Below the pieces are notes generated by a model that worked only from the letters and a program-made list of their open reading frames with translations, was not told where the DNA came from and made no database searches. From assembly GCA_964016885.1 (NCBI GenBank), contig OZ024765.1:11160001-11224000 (forward strand): a stretch of 64,000 bases of DNA, given 5' to 3'. Of the stretch, positions 1-13,738 are shown one piece after another; the first letter of the stretch is position 1; every line of letters starts with the position of its first letter. A program made the translations under genes and the position numbers. The stretch comes from Eledone cirrhosa (lineage: Eukaryota).

Positions 1-149
1 AGGAGGAAATAGTATTAATAATAATAATAATAATAGTAATAATAACAACACAAAGGTGTGTTTTTTGTTTGTTTGTCTAAGGTAATCTGGTTAAAAAATA
101 GTTTTTCATGGAATTCTGACACAGACATCCATTTGCTTCAGCATATAAT

Positions 150-198
<49 letters not shown>

Positions 199-699
199 GT
201 AGTAATGATAATAATGATGATGATGATATTAAAAAGAAAATAGAGAAGAAAGGAGAAAGAGAATGTAGATGAGGAGGATGAGATAGAAGAAGACAAAGTT
301 TGAAGAAAGACTGTAGAAGAAAAAGAAGGGGAGAAAAGAAAGAGAAGAAAAAGAAGTTAAAAGAGAATGGAGGAGGAGGAGGAGACGGAGAAGAGGTTAA
401 AAGACACAGAAAGATAGAAGAGAGGAGGAGACGGAGAAGGTGAAGAAGAAGAGGAAGAAGTTAAAAGATAAAGGACGTAATGGAAGACATAGAAAGAAGA
501 TAGGAGGAAGAGGAGGAGGTGGATGGTGAGGAGGAGGAGAAGAAGAAGAAGAATAAGAAGAAGAAGAAGAAGAAGAAAGAAAGATAGTAGTAGAAAAAGA
601 GATGGGAGAAGAAAGATGATAAAAAAGGAGGTGGATGTGAGGAAGCATTACAAAATAATAGATTATAAGAGACTGTGTATACAATCATTAACCACTCAC

Positions 700-817
700 C
701 TAGCCAATAAAATAACACAACAGTAACTCTTACATAATCAATCCCCGACACTATGGCACCAACAATGAGTAAAGCTCCCATTCCATATAATTGCCACCCA
801 TCAATATAAGACAAACC
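700..817 (-). CDS. Probable internal coding exon (118 nt) of a multi-pass membrane protein: GLSYIDGWQLYGMGALLIVGAIVSGIDYVRVTVVLFYWL(G)
   Basis: Unique sequence between simple repeats. Minus-strand acceptor ...ggtttgtaTAG|GGT at 818/817, consensus donor CTAG|GTGAGT at 700/699, open hydrophobic frame. Weak resemblance to the SLC12/KCC YG...GVxYV segment; identity not established. Confidence 0.65.
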
Positions 818-1679
818 CTATACAAACCCTCACATCACAACAAACACCCACAAACCAACTACAAAACACCACGCATTAAAACATACCATCACGTACTATA
901 CACTTTTACTGTCCACCATAACACACCAACACATCACCACACACAACACACCACCACATACTATCCACCACAACACACAACATAACACCACCACACACAA
1001 TCACACAACACACCACCACATACTATCCACCACAACACACAACATAACACCACACGCACAACACACCACCACACACAATCACACAACACACTACCACATA
1101 CTATACACTATTAGTGTTCACCACAACACACCACCACACAACATCCTACCACACCACCTTATATACAGCATTACTGTCCATCAGAAGCCCACACACCATA
1201 ACACACTTCCACACAATGTCTGACCACACCACTGCACCACATAAACTCAACACACCTCCACACACCACGACACACTACCATACACCTCCACACACCACCA
1301 AACCCCACCACACACCTCCACACAATGTCTGACTACACCACCAATCCACATGAACCCAACAAAACACAACAGACCACCACACACCTCAACACACCACCAC
1401 ATACCTCGACACACCACCTCACACCTCGACACACCTCCACCCCGCCACACACCACCACATTCTACACACCATCATTATATACACCAACACCAAGTCACAC
1501 AACAACATCAATCACAGACCGCATCTAACCCCCCCCACCCCCTCCACCTCAAGACAAACATCACCAAACCAAATAACACAACTTACAATACACAGAACAG
1601 CTGAAATAATGAAAACTACAACAAAGACTTTTAAAATAAATCTCAGAACAAAGCAAAACAGGTGTACAAACATAAGTCC

Positions 1680-2205
1680 TCATCATCATCATCATCATCA
1701 TCATCATCGTTTTTATGTCAGTTTTTCCCAACTTCCATGGATTGGGCAAGTCCTTTTCAGCACAGTTATGTCAGTTTTTCCCAACTTCCATGGTTTGGGT
1801 GAGTCCTTTTCAGCACAGTTATGTCAGTTTTTCCCAACTTCCATGGATTGGGCAAGTCCTTTTCAGCATAGCATCTCTCCACTCATTTCGTTCCCTAGTT
1901 ATCTCCTCTGTAAGTCTCAGCAATTTGGGATCAGCTTTCACCACCTCTGCCTAGGTCTTCCTCTACTGCAGCTTCCCACCACTTGTAGCGATCCTTCATC
2001 ATCTCTTCTGTAAATCCCAGCAATTTGAGATCAACTCACACCACCTCTGACCAGGTCTGCTTTGGTCTACCTCTACTGCAGTTACCTTCCACTGGGATTT
2101 CCTGGCACTACTTCACCCAGCAATCATCATCTCACTGCATTCCTCCATCATCTCCTCTGTAAGTCTCAGCAATATGACATCAGCCCTCACCACCTCTGAA
2201 GAAGT
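1680..2205 (-). mobile_element. Rearranged 3' end fragments of an RTE LINE with (ATG)n tail and short internal tandem duplications
   Basis: Reverse strand reads ...AEVVKADPKLLRLTEEITRERNEWRDAMLKRTCPIH, homologous to 50450-50600; ends in (GAT)n. Confidence 0.7.
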
Positions 2206-2464
2206 CTCAATGTTGACCGTCACAACATGAAAATGCTGAGTTAAAGCCTAGTATTTGGTCATCTTTTGTTACTATGGCAGTCAGAAGACTGAGGACACTG
2301 TTGGTCAGTCCATGCCTGGCATTTGCTTTAAAAAATTGAGGCCCCTGAGGTTGTGTGGCCCTAAGTTATAACTTATTTAGCTTACAAGTAAGTCCAGCAC
2401 TGTGTAGGCCCAAACACACCCAAGGTCAATCAATACCTGGTATTTGGTCATGTGGCATTCTGGA

Positions 2465-2838
2465 GGCCCAAGGACACTGGAGGTCAATTAATACCTGTTA
2501 ACTGGTCATCTTCCAGTCCAGTACACCAGTCAGGGGCCCAAGGACACTAGAGGTCAGTCAAAACCTATTATCTGGTCATCATCCTGTCCAGTACACCAGT
2601 CCAAGGGTCCAAGGACACTAGAGGCCAGTCAAAACCTATTATCTGGTCATCATCCTGTCCAGTACACCAGTCGAAGGGTCCAAGGACACTAGAGGTCAGT
2701 CAAAACCTATTATCTGGTCATCATCCTGTCCAGTACACCAGTCGAAGGGTCCAAGGACACTAGAGGCCAGTCAAAACCTGTTATTTGGTCATCATCCTGT
2801 CCAGTCCACCAGTCCAAGGGTCCAAGGACACTAGAGGT
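2465..2838. repeat. 71-bp minisatellite, about 5 copies
   Basis: Unit CCAAGGACACTAGAGGTCAGTCAAAACCTATTATCTGGTCATCATCCTGTCCAGTACACCAGTCGAAGGGT; period seen at 2581/2652. Confidence 0.9.
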
Positions 2839-3025
2839 CTGGATGTAAACAGTCAGTTAAAAGCCGGTATTTAGTTAAATCAAATTAGTATGAATAAACC
2901 AATGGTAATTGGTAGGTACACCAATTGATTTATTAGTCTCTCTCCCCTCCCACCCCCCACTTCTGTTATTTGCTGTTTAGAATGCAATGTTATTTTCGGA
3001 AGCAATTATTTAAAACAACAACAAT

Positions 3026-3060
<35 letters not shown>

Positions 3061-3289
3061 AAACAAGTATAACAAAGATCCCCCCTCCTCCCAAGCAACA
3101 CCAGCAACAACAACAAACACTGCAGTAACAATAACTATAGCAACAATCACACCACTCTCCACCACCACCACCACCACCACCAATAACAACAACAACAACA
3201 ACAACACCGGCAAAATCGTTAATAACAATTTATATAAAAATCAATTTAATTCAAACTTAATAACAATAGCAGTAACAACAACAGTAAGA

Positions 3290-3985
3290 ACAAACACTAC
3301 TAATACTACTGCTGCTGCTACTACTACTACTACTACCACTACTACTAAAACTATTACTACTACTGCTACTACTACTAAAACTATTACAACTACTACTACT
3401 ACCACTACTAAAACTATTACAACTACTACTACTACTGCTACTACTACTACTACTAAAACTATTACAACTACTGCTACTACTACTACTACTAGTACTACTA
3501 CTAAAACTATTACAACTACTGCTACTACTACTAAAACTATTACAACTACTACTACTACCACTACTAAAACTATTACAACTACTACTACTACTGTTACTAC
3601 TACTACTACTAAAACTATTACAACTACTGCTACTACTACTACTACTAGTACTACTACTAAAACTATTACAACTACTGCTACTACTACTACTACTAAAACT
3701 ATTACAACTACTGCTACTACTACTAAAACTATTACAACTACTACTACTACCACTATTAAAACTATTACAACTACTACTACTACTGCTGTTACTACTACTA
3801 CTACTAAAACTATTACAACTACTGCTACTACTACTACTACTACTGCTACTATTACTACAACTACTGATGCAACTACCACTACTACTACTACTACAATTCC
3901 TTGTACTACTACTACAGCTACTACTACTACTACTACTATAACTACTACTACTACTACTATAACTACTACTACTACTACTACTATA
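3290..3985. repeat. (CTA)n-based compound micro/minisatellite
   Basis: Recurrent ACTACTAAAACTATTACAACT within (CTA)n. Confidence 0.9.
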
Positions 3986-4219
3986 GCTCTAGGTGTTCGA
4001 CCAACGCCTTAAACCGGAGGTTCTCAAACTTTTTGGGGCCACTGACCCTTCACAGTCCTGTAATACCCTCAACGCCCCCCCCCCATCCCTAGGGACGATT
4101 GCTGGTCTTCCACAAACAACCTTGCCTGGACTTGTTGTGCCTTGGAAGGGAACTTTCTAGATGCAAATCCCGGGGTCATTCGAGACCAAAAAGGGGTCTT
4201 AACCCTTTCTCATACATAT

Positions 4220-4826
4220 AATTGTTTCTACTTTTTGGCACAAGGCCACAAATACCCAGTACATTACTGGTACTTTATTTTATCGACCCCGTAAAGATGA
4301 AAGGCAAGGGTCGTAGCTCTATGCATCAAAGCATGGCGTCCAACCCTCTAACGATACTGCCAAATAATAATAATAATTGTTTCTACTTTTGGCACAAGGC
4401 CACAATTACCCAGTACATTACTGGTACTTTATTTTATCGACCCCGTAAGGATGAAAGGCAAGGGTCGTAGCTCTATGCATCAAAGCATGGCGTCCAACCC
4501 TCTAACGATACTGCCAAATAATAATAATAATTGTTTCTACTTTTGGCACAAGGCCACAATTACCCAGTACATTACTGGTACTTTATTTTATCGACCCCGT
4601 AAGGATGAAAGGCAAGGGTCGTAGCTCTATGCATCAAAGCATGGCGTCCAACCCTCTAACGATACTGCCAAATAATAATAATAATTGTTTCTACTTTTGG
4701 CACAAGGCCACAATTACCCAGTACATTACTGGTACTTTATTTTATCGACCCCGTAAGGATGAAAGGCAAGGGTCGTAGCTCTATGCATCAAAGCATGGCG
4801 TCCAACCCTCTACCGATACTGCCAAA
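4220..4826 (-). repeat. Four head-to-tail 154-bp copies of an internally deleted Nin/Deu-like SINE
   Basis: Period 154-155 (4224, 4379, 4533, 4687). Matches 32679-32871 minus a 36-nt segment containing the B box. Confidence 0.9.
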
Positions 4827-4882
4827 TAATGTGTTGGTGTATCTCGAGAAACATGTTTGTATGTTTGTATGTATAGTATGTT

Positions 4883-5228
4883 TTTCGGAAGAAGGATCAG
4901 GATGGAGAGAGAGGTGCTCCACTCCAGCCAGTTTTATGAAAGGTGGGTGAAAGTTGCGAGAATGGCCCGTGTGAATGGGCCTTCTCTCTACCTCAGCCTG
5001 TAGGTGGAACAGGAAGGAAGGAGCACCCTCTCTTTGTGCTCCCGTGGAGAAGGGTCGCACACTTTTTTTCGGGGGTGTGTGTGACCCCAAAACGACCCCC
5101 CCCCCCTATTGAGGACCTTCTTGTTACTATTTTGTTTGTTATATTTTTCTTACTCGATTTTTATGTAAACTCCCCCCACCCATGTACATGTCCCTTTCTT
5201 TTGTGCCCTAGTGGCAAATAAACAGAAA
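4883..5228 (+). mobile_element. 5'-truncated Tx1/L1-like LINE 3' end with 19-bp target site duplication (TSD)
   Basis: Encodes RMEREVLHSSQFYERWVKVARMARVNGPSL; AATAAA near the end; TSD TTTGTATGTATAGTATGTT at 4864-4882 and 5229-5247. Confidence 0.85.
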
Positions 5229-5510
5229 TTTGTATGTATAGTATGTTGTGTAGTTTCTTTGTAATGCATGGTTGTCTGCTTGTTTGGTCAGTACAAAGCT
5301 TCACCGCTCTAGTGTACATGGTGGATTTCAGTTCTGGCATGAGATCATATATGGCTTTTTAGACCAGACATACTTTTAAAAAGACATCCATATAAATTGC
5401 ATATTAGTTTTGTTGCAACTAGAAGTATATATATGTATATATATGTATATATGTATGTATATATATATATGTATATAAATGTATATATATATATATATAT
5501 GTAAATATAT

Positions 5511-5861
5511 GTACTTGGGGAGGGTCATATTTGTGTAATATTGCCAGAATTAATAACAGAACACACTGGAATAAAAAATGGCGTAGACATACAACACAAC
5601 AGGAGGAAAATATAACACCACTGACGATGTTGCAGATGTGAAACGAAAGATTTATGTAAATTATGTAAACTATATATATGTGTTTGTGTCTATATTGTAT
5701 CTGTATTATTTTTGACCGTCGGTCAGTCAATGGCAACATTGAGGACCGAGTAAGCTAGATTACAGATATAAAAGACAGCGAGAAGCGAAAACCAACCAAA
5801 CAGTGAGTGTGTTCTGTTATTAATTCTGGCAATATTACACAAATATGACCCTCCCCAAGTA
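5511..5861. repeat. About 55-bp inverted repeat pair between (TA)n tracts (probable Penelope-like remnant)
   Basis: TACTTGGGGAGGGTCATATTTGTGTAATATTGCCAGAATTAATAACAGAACACACT at about 5512-5567 and its reverse complement at about 5806-5861. Confidence 0.8.
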
Positions 5862-5937
5862 AAATAATATTTGTTTCGACACACGATTTCATATAAAAAA
5901 AACCTCGCTAAACTAATTCATCGCCGCTAAATATATG

Positions 5938-5984
<47 letters not shown>

Positions 5985-6009
5985 ATGTATATATGTATAT
6001 ATATATATG

Positions 6010-6067
<58 letters not shown>

Positions 6068-6070
<3 letters not shown>

Positions 6071-6372
6071 TCATCATCATCAACGTTTAACGTCCGTGTT
6101 CCACGCTTGCATGGGTTTGGACGGGGGTAGTCCCACTTGAGGCAAGAGTGATTATCTTGCTCGCATAGGACTGTCTGGCAGGTATTCTACAGTTGGATGC
6201 CCTTCCTAACACCAACCACGTTTACAGTGTGGGTCTGGGAGGTTTTTACCGTGTTGCCTACACGGCCACATTACAGCGTGGACTGTGTGTTTTTTTGTCG
6301 TGACACCTACACGATCTCATTTGTTTCGGCCTGGATGGTGTGGCACCAACATAACTTTACATAGAAGGGGGC
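6068..6372 (-). mobile_element. RTE subfamily B 3' UTR fragment (other copies 60955-61205 -, 62180-62420 -, diverged 52925-53185 -)
   Basis: Near-identical to the 3' UTR following the RTE ORF end at 30905-31220; (GAT)n tail. Confidence 0.8.
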
Positions 6373-6398
6373 ATATATATATATATATATATATATAT

Positions 6399-6718
6399 GG
6401 AGGCACATGTCTTAGAGCATTGGCCTTGCAATCGAAAGGTTGTGAGTTCAATTCTCAGACCGGGTGATGTGTTGTTTCCTTGAGCAAGACACTTTATTTC
6501 ACATTGCTCCAGTTTACTCAGCTGTAGAAATGATAGGGACTGGGGTCCCTATCATTCCACTGCAAAGTGGTCGTGGAGGTGCCACGGCAAAAAAGCACCC
6601 TGTAAATGAGGTTGGTGTTAGGAAGGGCATCCAGCTGTAGAAATCAAGCCAGAATCAGTTCCCGTCCCACCCTTGCAAGCAGGGAAAAAGCGGACGTAAA
6701 ATGAAATGATGATGATGA
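6399..6718 (+). mobile_element. tRNA-derived CORE-like SINE with RTE-derived tail
   Basis: Head GGAGGCACAT, B box GAGTTCAATTCTC, CORE-like CCTTGAGCAAGACACTTTATTTCACATTGCTCCAGTTTACTCAGCTGTAGAAATG, tail shared with the RTE 3' UTR, (ATG)n end. Confidence 0.85.
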
Positions 6719-6849
6719 TATATATATATAAATAATTTTGAAAACCAAAACAATGCGTATGAAGAATGTTAAATCACCAAAATAACAAAAGAATCTCACC
6801 TTAGCAAATTTATTGTTAAATTTGGTAAGGTAAGAATCTTTTGTTATCT

Positions 6850-6957
<108 letters not shown>

Positions 6958-7000
6958 AAACATATTAATAAATGGAAACTATTTTTTATAAAACCATATT

Positions 7001-7066
7001 TATTTTATTATACATATTTCAAGGGCCACCAAGGCAAATTATGGTGCGCTTTCATCAGATAAAATA
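7001..7066 (-). ncRNA. Type I hammerhead ribozyme motif in a short TA-flanked element (about 6960-7238)
   Basis: TATTTTAT-CTGATGA-stem II (CACCA/TGGTG)-GAAA-TATGTA-TA-ATAAAATA; 8-bp stem I; identical to 58436-58501. Confidence 0.85.
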
Positions 7067-7245
7067 CAGATGTGTTTTATAAATAAATATTGACATACCC
7101 GGAAAAAAAGACAACCTTAACGGTTGGAGCTTCCTGGATAGTGGAGATAGTACATTTACTTATCTGTTGAGTGCTTTGTATCAGTTATAAAAATGTTTAA
7201 GCTTGTTGAATCCCAACAAATTAAATCTAACCTCTGCATATATAT

Positions 7246-7280
<35 letters not shown>

Positions 7281-7321
7281 TGTATGTGTGTGTGTGTGTG
7301 TGTGCGTGCGTGTGTGCGTGT

Positions 7322-7365
<44 letters not shown>

Positions 7366-7653
7366 AACAATGAAAATAAAAGGTGAAATTAAGTACTGAA
7401 TCAGTTAATTGTTTTACGATCGTTTCAGAATGTTGATTGATCACAATAAATCAATATAATGAGTAATCAATAGTAGTTACGTAACTACATATTATAGTCT
7501 TGATACTATAGATCCATCTCACCATTTTCCTTCAGATACCAGTGTGTGTGTGTGTGTATATATATATATATCTGTGTGTGTATGTATGAATGTATATATA
7601 TATATGTGTGTATATATATATATCTATATATATATCTATGTGTGTATGTATGA

Positions 7654-7730
<77 letters not shown>

Positions 7731-7874
7731 CATACAGAAAGTTGCACGCCTGACAAGGCACTGCACATATATGGTGCAGTTGACAATAGAAAGAAACAAA
7801 ACATTGCATGTACCCTGGGTGCACATAGGTGCATTTAGTCATGCATTGAAATCGTGCAATTGAAACACTACTAC

Positions 7875-9210
7875 TGGTGGTGGTGCTGTGATGGTGGTGG
7901 TGTGATGGTGGTGGTGTGATGGTGGTGGTGTGATGGTGGTGGTGTGATGGTGGTGGTGTGATGGTGGTGGTGTGATGGTGTGATGGTGATGGTGTGATGG
8001 TGATGGTGGTGGTGTGATGGTGGTGCTGTGATGGTGGTGGTGTGATGGTGGTGGTGTGATGGTGGTGGTGTGATGGTGGTGGTGTGATGGTGGTGCTGTG
8101 ATGGTGGTGGTGTGATGGTGGTGGTGTGATGGTGGTGTGACAGTGGTAGTGTGATGGTGGTGTGATGGTGGTGGTGTGATGGTGGTGGTGTGATGGTGGT
8201 GGTGGTGGTGTGATGGTGTGATGGTGGTGGTGTGATGGTGATGGTGGTGGTGTGATGGTGGTGGTGTGATGGTGATGGTGTGACAGTGATGTGATGGTGA
8301 TGGTGTGACAGTGGTAGTGTGATGGTGGTGTGATGGTGTGATGGTGATGGTGGTGGTGTGATGGTGGTGGTGTGATGGTGGTGGTGTGATGGTAGTGGTG
8401 TGATGGTGGTGGTGTGATGGTGGTGGTGTGATGGTGTGATGGTGATGGTGGTGGTGTGATGGTGGTGGTGTGATGGTGGTGGTGTGATGGTGGTGGTGTG
8501 ATGGTGGTGGTGTGATGGTGTGATGGTGATGGTGGTGGTGTGATGGTGGTGGTGTGATGGTGGTGGTGTGATGGTGGTGGTGTGATGGTGGTGGTGATGG
8601 TGGTGGTGTGATGGTGGTGGTGTGATGGTGGTGGTGTGATGGTGGTGGTGTGATGGTGGTGGTGTGATGGTGGTGGTGTGATGGTGGTGGTGTGATGGTA
8701 GTGGTGTGATGGTGGTGGTGTGATGGTGTGATGGTGATGGTGGTGGTGTGATGGTGGTGGTGTGATGGTGGTGGTGTGATGGTGGTGGTGTGATGGTGGT
8801 GGTGTGATGGTAGTGGTGTGATGGTGGTGGTGTGATGGTGTGATGGTGATGGTGGTGGTGTGATGGTGGTGGTGTGATGGTGGTGGTGTGATGGTGGTGG
8901 TGTGATGGTGGTGGTGTGATGGTGGTGGTGTGATGGTGTGATGGTGGTGGTGGTGGTGTGATGGTGGTGGTGTGATGGTGGTGGTGTGATGGTGGTGGTG
9001 TGATGGTGGTGGTGTGATGGTGGTGGTGTGATGGTGGTGGTGTGATGGTGATGGTGTGACAGTGGTAGTGTGATGGTGGTGTGATGGTGTGATGGTGATG
9101 GTGGTGGTGTGATGGTGGTGGTGTGATGGTGGTGGTGTGATGGTGATGGTGTGACGGTGATGGTGTGATGGTGGTGGTGTGACGGTGGTGTGATGGTGAT
9201 GGTGTGATGG
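7875..9210. repeat. 14-bp minisatellite (TGTGATGGTGGTGG)n, followed by (GGT/AGT)n to 9600 and (ACC)n at 9666-10150
   Basis: Direct periodicity; explains the long His/Thr/Pro/Val ORFs. Confidence 0.95.
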
Positions 9211-10659
9211 TGATGGTGGTAACGATGGTGGTGGTAATGCTGATGGTGGAGGTAGTAGCGGTGCTGATGATAGTGGTAGTAGTGGTGGTGGTGGTGGTGG
9301 TGGTGGTGGTGGTAGTGGTGGTGATGGCGGTGATGATGGTAGTGGTGGAGATCGTAGTAGTGGTGGTAGTAATGATGGTGGTAGTACTAGTGGTGGTAGT
9401 GGCGGTGGTAGTAGTAGTAGTGGTAGTGGTGGTGATGGTAGTGACGATGGTGGTAGTGGTGGTAGTAGTAGTGGTAGTAGTAGTAGTAGTGGTAGTGATG
9501 GTAGTGACGATGGTGGTAGTAGTAGTGGTGGTGGTAGTAGTAGTGGTAGTAGTAGTAGTGGTGGTGGTGGTGGTAGTAGTAGTGGTGGTGGTGGTAATGA
9601 TGATGAGGACATTAATTAACTTAAAGAGAAATAAAACAGTTTTGATGTGTAATAAAACAATGGGAACAACAACAACAACAACAATAATAACAACAACCAC
9701 CATTACCACAGCAACCACTATTACAACTAGCACCAGCACAACCACCACAACCACCACCACAACCACTACCACCAATACCACAACCACCACCACAACCACT
9801 ACCACCACAACCACCACCACCAACACCATCACCACCACCACCACCACCACCACTACCACCACCACTACCATCACCATCACCACCACCACCACAACTAACG
9901 TCACCACCACAACCACCACATCCACCACCACAACTAGCATCACCACCACAACCACCACCACAACCACAACCACTACCACCACAACCACCACAACCACCAC
10001 ATCCACCACCACCACAACCACTACCACCACAACCACTACCACCACCACCACTACCACCACCACCACCGCCACTACCACCACCACTACCACCACCACCACC
10101 ACCACCACCACTACCACCACTACTACCACCACCAACACCACCACAACAACAAGTAGAACAGTGAAAAAGATAATGAGTTAAATTGAAGTCTGATTTTTTT
10201 TCTAACAATGAAAGATTTTGGTGAGGGTGGGGAACAAGGGGGGCGTGATTGGAGGTGGTAGTATGGTGGTGGAGGGGATTGGAGGTGGTGGTGGTGGTGG
10301 GGAGATTGGTGGTGGGGGGGGGTTAGAGGTGGTGGTGGGGATTGGAGGTGGTAGTGTGATGGTGGTGGAGGGGCTTGGAGGTGGTGGTGGTGGGTAGATT
10401 GGCGGTGGGGGGATTAGAGGTGGTGGTGGGGATTGGCGGTGGTAGTGTGGTGGTGGTGGAGGGGCTTGGAGGTGGTGGTGGTGGGTAGATTGGCGGTGGG
10501 GGGATTAGAGGTGGTGGTGGGGATTGGCGGTGGTAGTGTGGTGGTGGAGAGACTGGAGAGAAGGGGGACTGTTTTGGTAAGTGTTCACCAATGGAAATAT
10601 TGATTGTAATAGTCTGCTGGTGGTGGTGGCAGTGGTGCTTGGTGGTGGCGGAGTTGTTG

Positions 10660-10691
<32 letters not shown>

Positions 10692-11220
10692 GTATATGCA
10701 TGTGTGTATATACATATATATATATATATATATATGTATACATATATATATATATAAATATATATAAATATATATAAATATATATAAATATATATATAAA
10801 TATATATAATATATATATAAATATATATAAATATATATATGTATATATATACATTTATATATATATATATATTTACATATACACATATATATAAATATAC
10901 ATAATTATATGTGTGCGTATATATATATATATGTGTGTGTTTGTGTGTGTGTTTATATATATATATATATTTATACAACACATACATATATAGGTATATA
11001 TATATGTATGCATATATGTAAATATATATATATAAATGTATATGTATGTATGTATGTATATATATATATATATATACACGATGATGATGATATATATATG
11101 TATATATGTAAATATATATATATATATAAATGTATATGTATATATATATATATATAAATGTATATGTATATATCTATATATATATCTCTCTCTATATATA
11201 AATATATATATGAAAATGTT

Positions 11221-11401
11221 CAAGACCCCGAAGGCAGATCTCAAGCCATTTCGACAGCTATTTCTGGACAAATAGCCGTCGAGACGGCTTGAGCTCTGCC
11301 GACGGGGTCTTGAACATTTTCTTATTACCCACTCCACTACCCAAAGTATTGAGTACTCTGGTGCACTATGGTCCATCTGGTTCCTTACCACACTTCCTTC
11401 G

Positions 11402-11403
<2 letters not shown>
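11221..11403 (+). mobile_element. Fold-back hammerhead-half element (copies 31316-31505 -, 62937-63140 -; fragments 33290, 42210, 63750)
   Basis: Roughly 90-bp hairpin ...GTTTCGACGGCTATT / AATAGCCGTCGAAACGGCTTGAGCTCTGCCGTCGGGGTC (family consensus) plus a conserved ~90-bp tail; all copies lie in (TA)n. Confidence 0.75.
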
Positions 11404-11436
<33 letters not shown>

Positions 11437-11555
11437 TTTATATATTTACATAAATATTTGCTACAGTAAGATTCTTTTACCTTAGCAATTTTAATTTTCT
11501 TTTTAGTGCATTGTATGGTTTTCAAAATTATTTAAATTTGTTTCTCATATAAATA

Positions 11556-12110
<555 letters not shown>

Positions 12111-13009
12111 ATATACACACACACATAGATATATATAGAAAATATACACACATATGTCTGTACACACACAGCCACAAATAAAATATACACTATACTTATA
12201 AACATTGAGTGCTTATTCACTTAATGGTTGAATGTTTTAAGTATAATGGTATTTTAAACTCACACACACTCATAGACACACATTTACACACATATGCATA
12301 CACACACATATATATATATATATACACACACCATCATCATCACCGTTTAATGTCCATTTTTCCACACACACACACATATATATATATATATACACCACAC
12401 ACATATAACAGCATACACACACAAACACACATATATATAACATACACTACACATACACATATATATATATACATACACATATATACACACACATGTACCA
12501 GCTTACGTATATATATATATATATACACTTGTAACGAAACATACACATGCACATACATGTAACCACATACACATACATAAAACTCACACACACATATATA
12601 TATATACACAAACACAGACAGACAGACACACACATATATATACACAAATACACACACAAACACAGACACACATATATATATATATACACAAACACAAACA
12701 GAGACACACATATATATACACAAATACACACACACAAACACAGACACACACATATATATACACAAATACACACACACAAACACAGACACACACATATATA
12801 TATATATATATACACAAACAGACACACACATATATATATACACAAATACACACACACAAACACGGACACACATATATATATATACACAAACAGACACACA
12901 CACATATATATACACAAATACACACACACAAACACAGACACACATATATATATATACACAAACAGACACACACACATATATATACACAAATACACACACA
13001 TAAACTCAG

Positions 13010-13054
<45 letters not shown>

Positions 13055-13202
13055 AAAAACAGACACACAGATAGACTGTGAGACGTGACATAAAGTAGAG
13101 AATGAAGACCTAATTTTCAAATATTGATGTAAATTTTCCTGATATTTTGTCAATAAAGGTTTTAATGTATCTGACTTAGTATTTTATTTTACTGACAGAT
13201 AA

Positions 13203-13729
13203 ATTTCTTTATTAGCCACAAGGGCACAAAAGAAGGGGACAAATACAAATGGGGAGTTTACATACAGGTATATGAAAATAAAACTATTAATAAAATAACA
13301 AATAACAATTGAAATCCCCAATAGGGGGGGGGGGGAGGCGTTACACAGGGGTTGTACACACCCCGAAAAAATGTACAACCCTCATCTCCAGGAGCACCAA
13401 GAGTGAGTACTCCCTTCCTCTCTTCCTCTTTTTCCTCAACCTACAGGCTTATATAGAGAGAAGGCCCAACCACTCGGGCCATCTTTGCCACATTCACCCA
13501 CCTTTTATAAAACTTGCTGGGGTACAGCACCTCTCTCTCTCCATCCTGATTCTTCTTCCAGTTGCTCGCCGGAGAGAAAGGTGTCTGACCTCAGCCCTTT
13601 TAACCTCGTCCACCATATAACCTCTTTCACAATAGCCATATAACACATAGGAAAACGGCCTCTCCCTCGTTTTTGAAGGAGGGTGGCGGTTTGATCATGA
13701 CAATGGACTCGGTGGTCAACTGGATTGGT
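13203..13729 (-). mobile_element. Tx1/L1-like LINE 3' fragment
   Basis: [29 protein letters not shown] homologous to 59623-60205; frameshifted. Confidence 0.85.
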
Positions 13730-13738
13730 CTAGATATG

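Noticed and set aside
7636-10208. Long His/Pro/Thr/Val-rich ORFs (658, 757 and 325 aa)
   Set aside because: Translations of 14-bp and trinucleotide repeats that lack stops; open on several frames and both strands.
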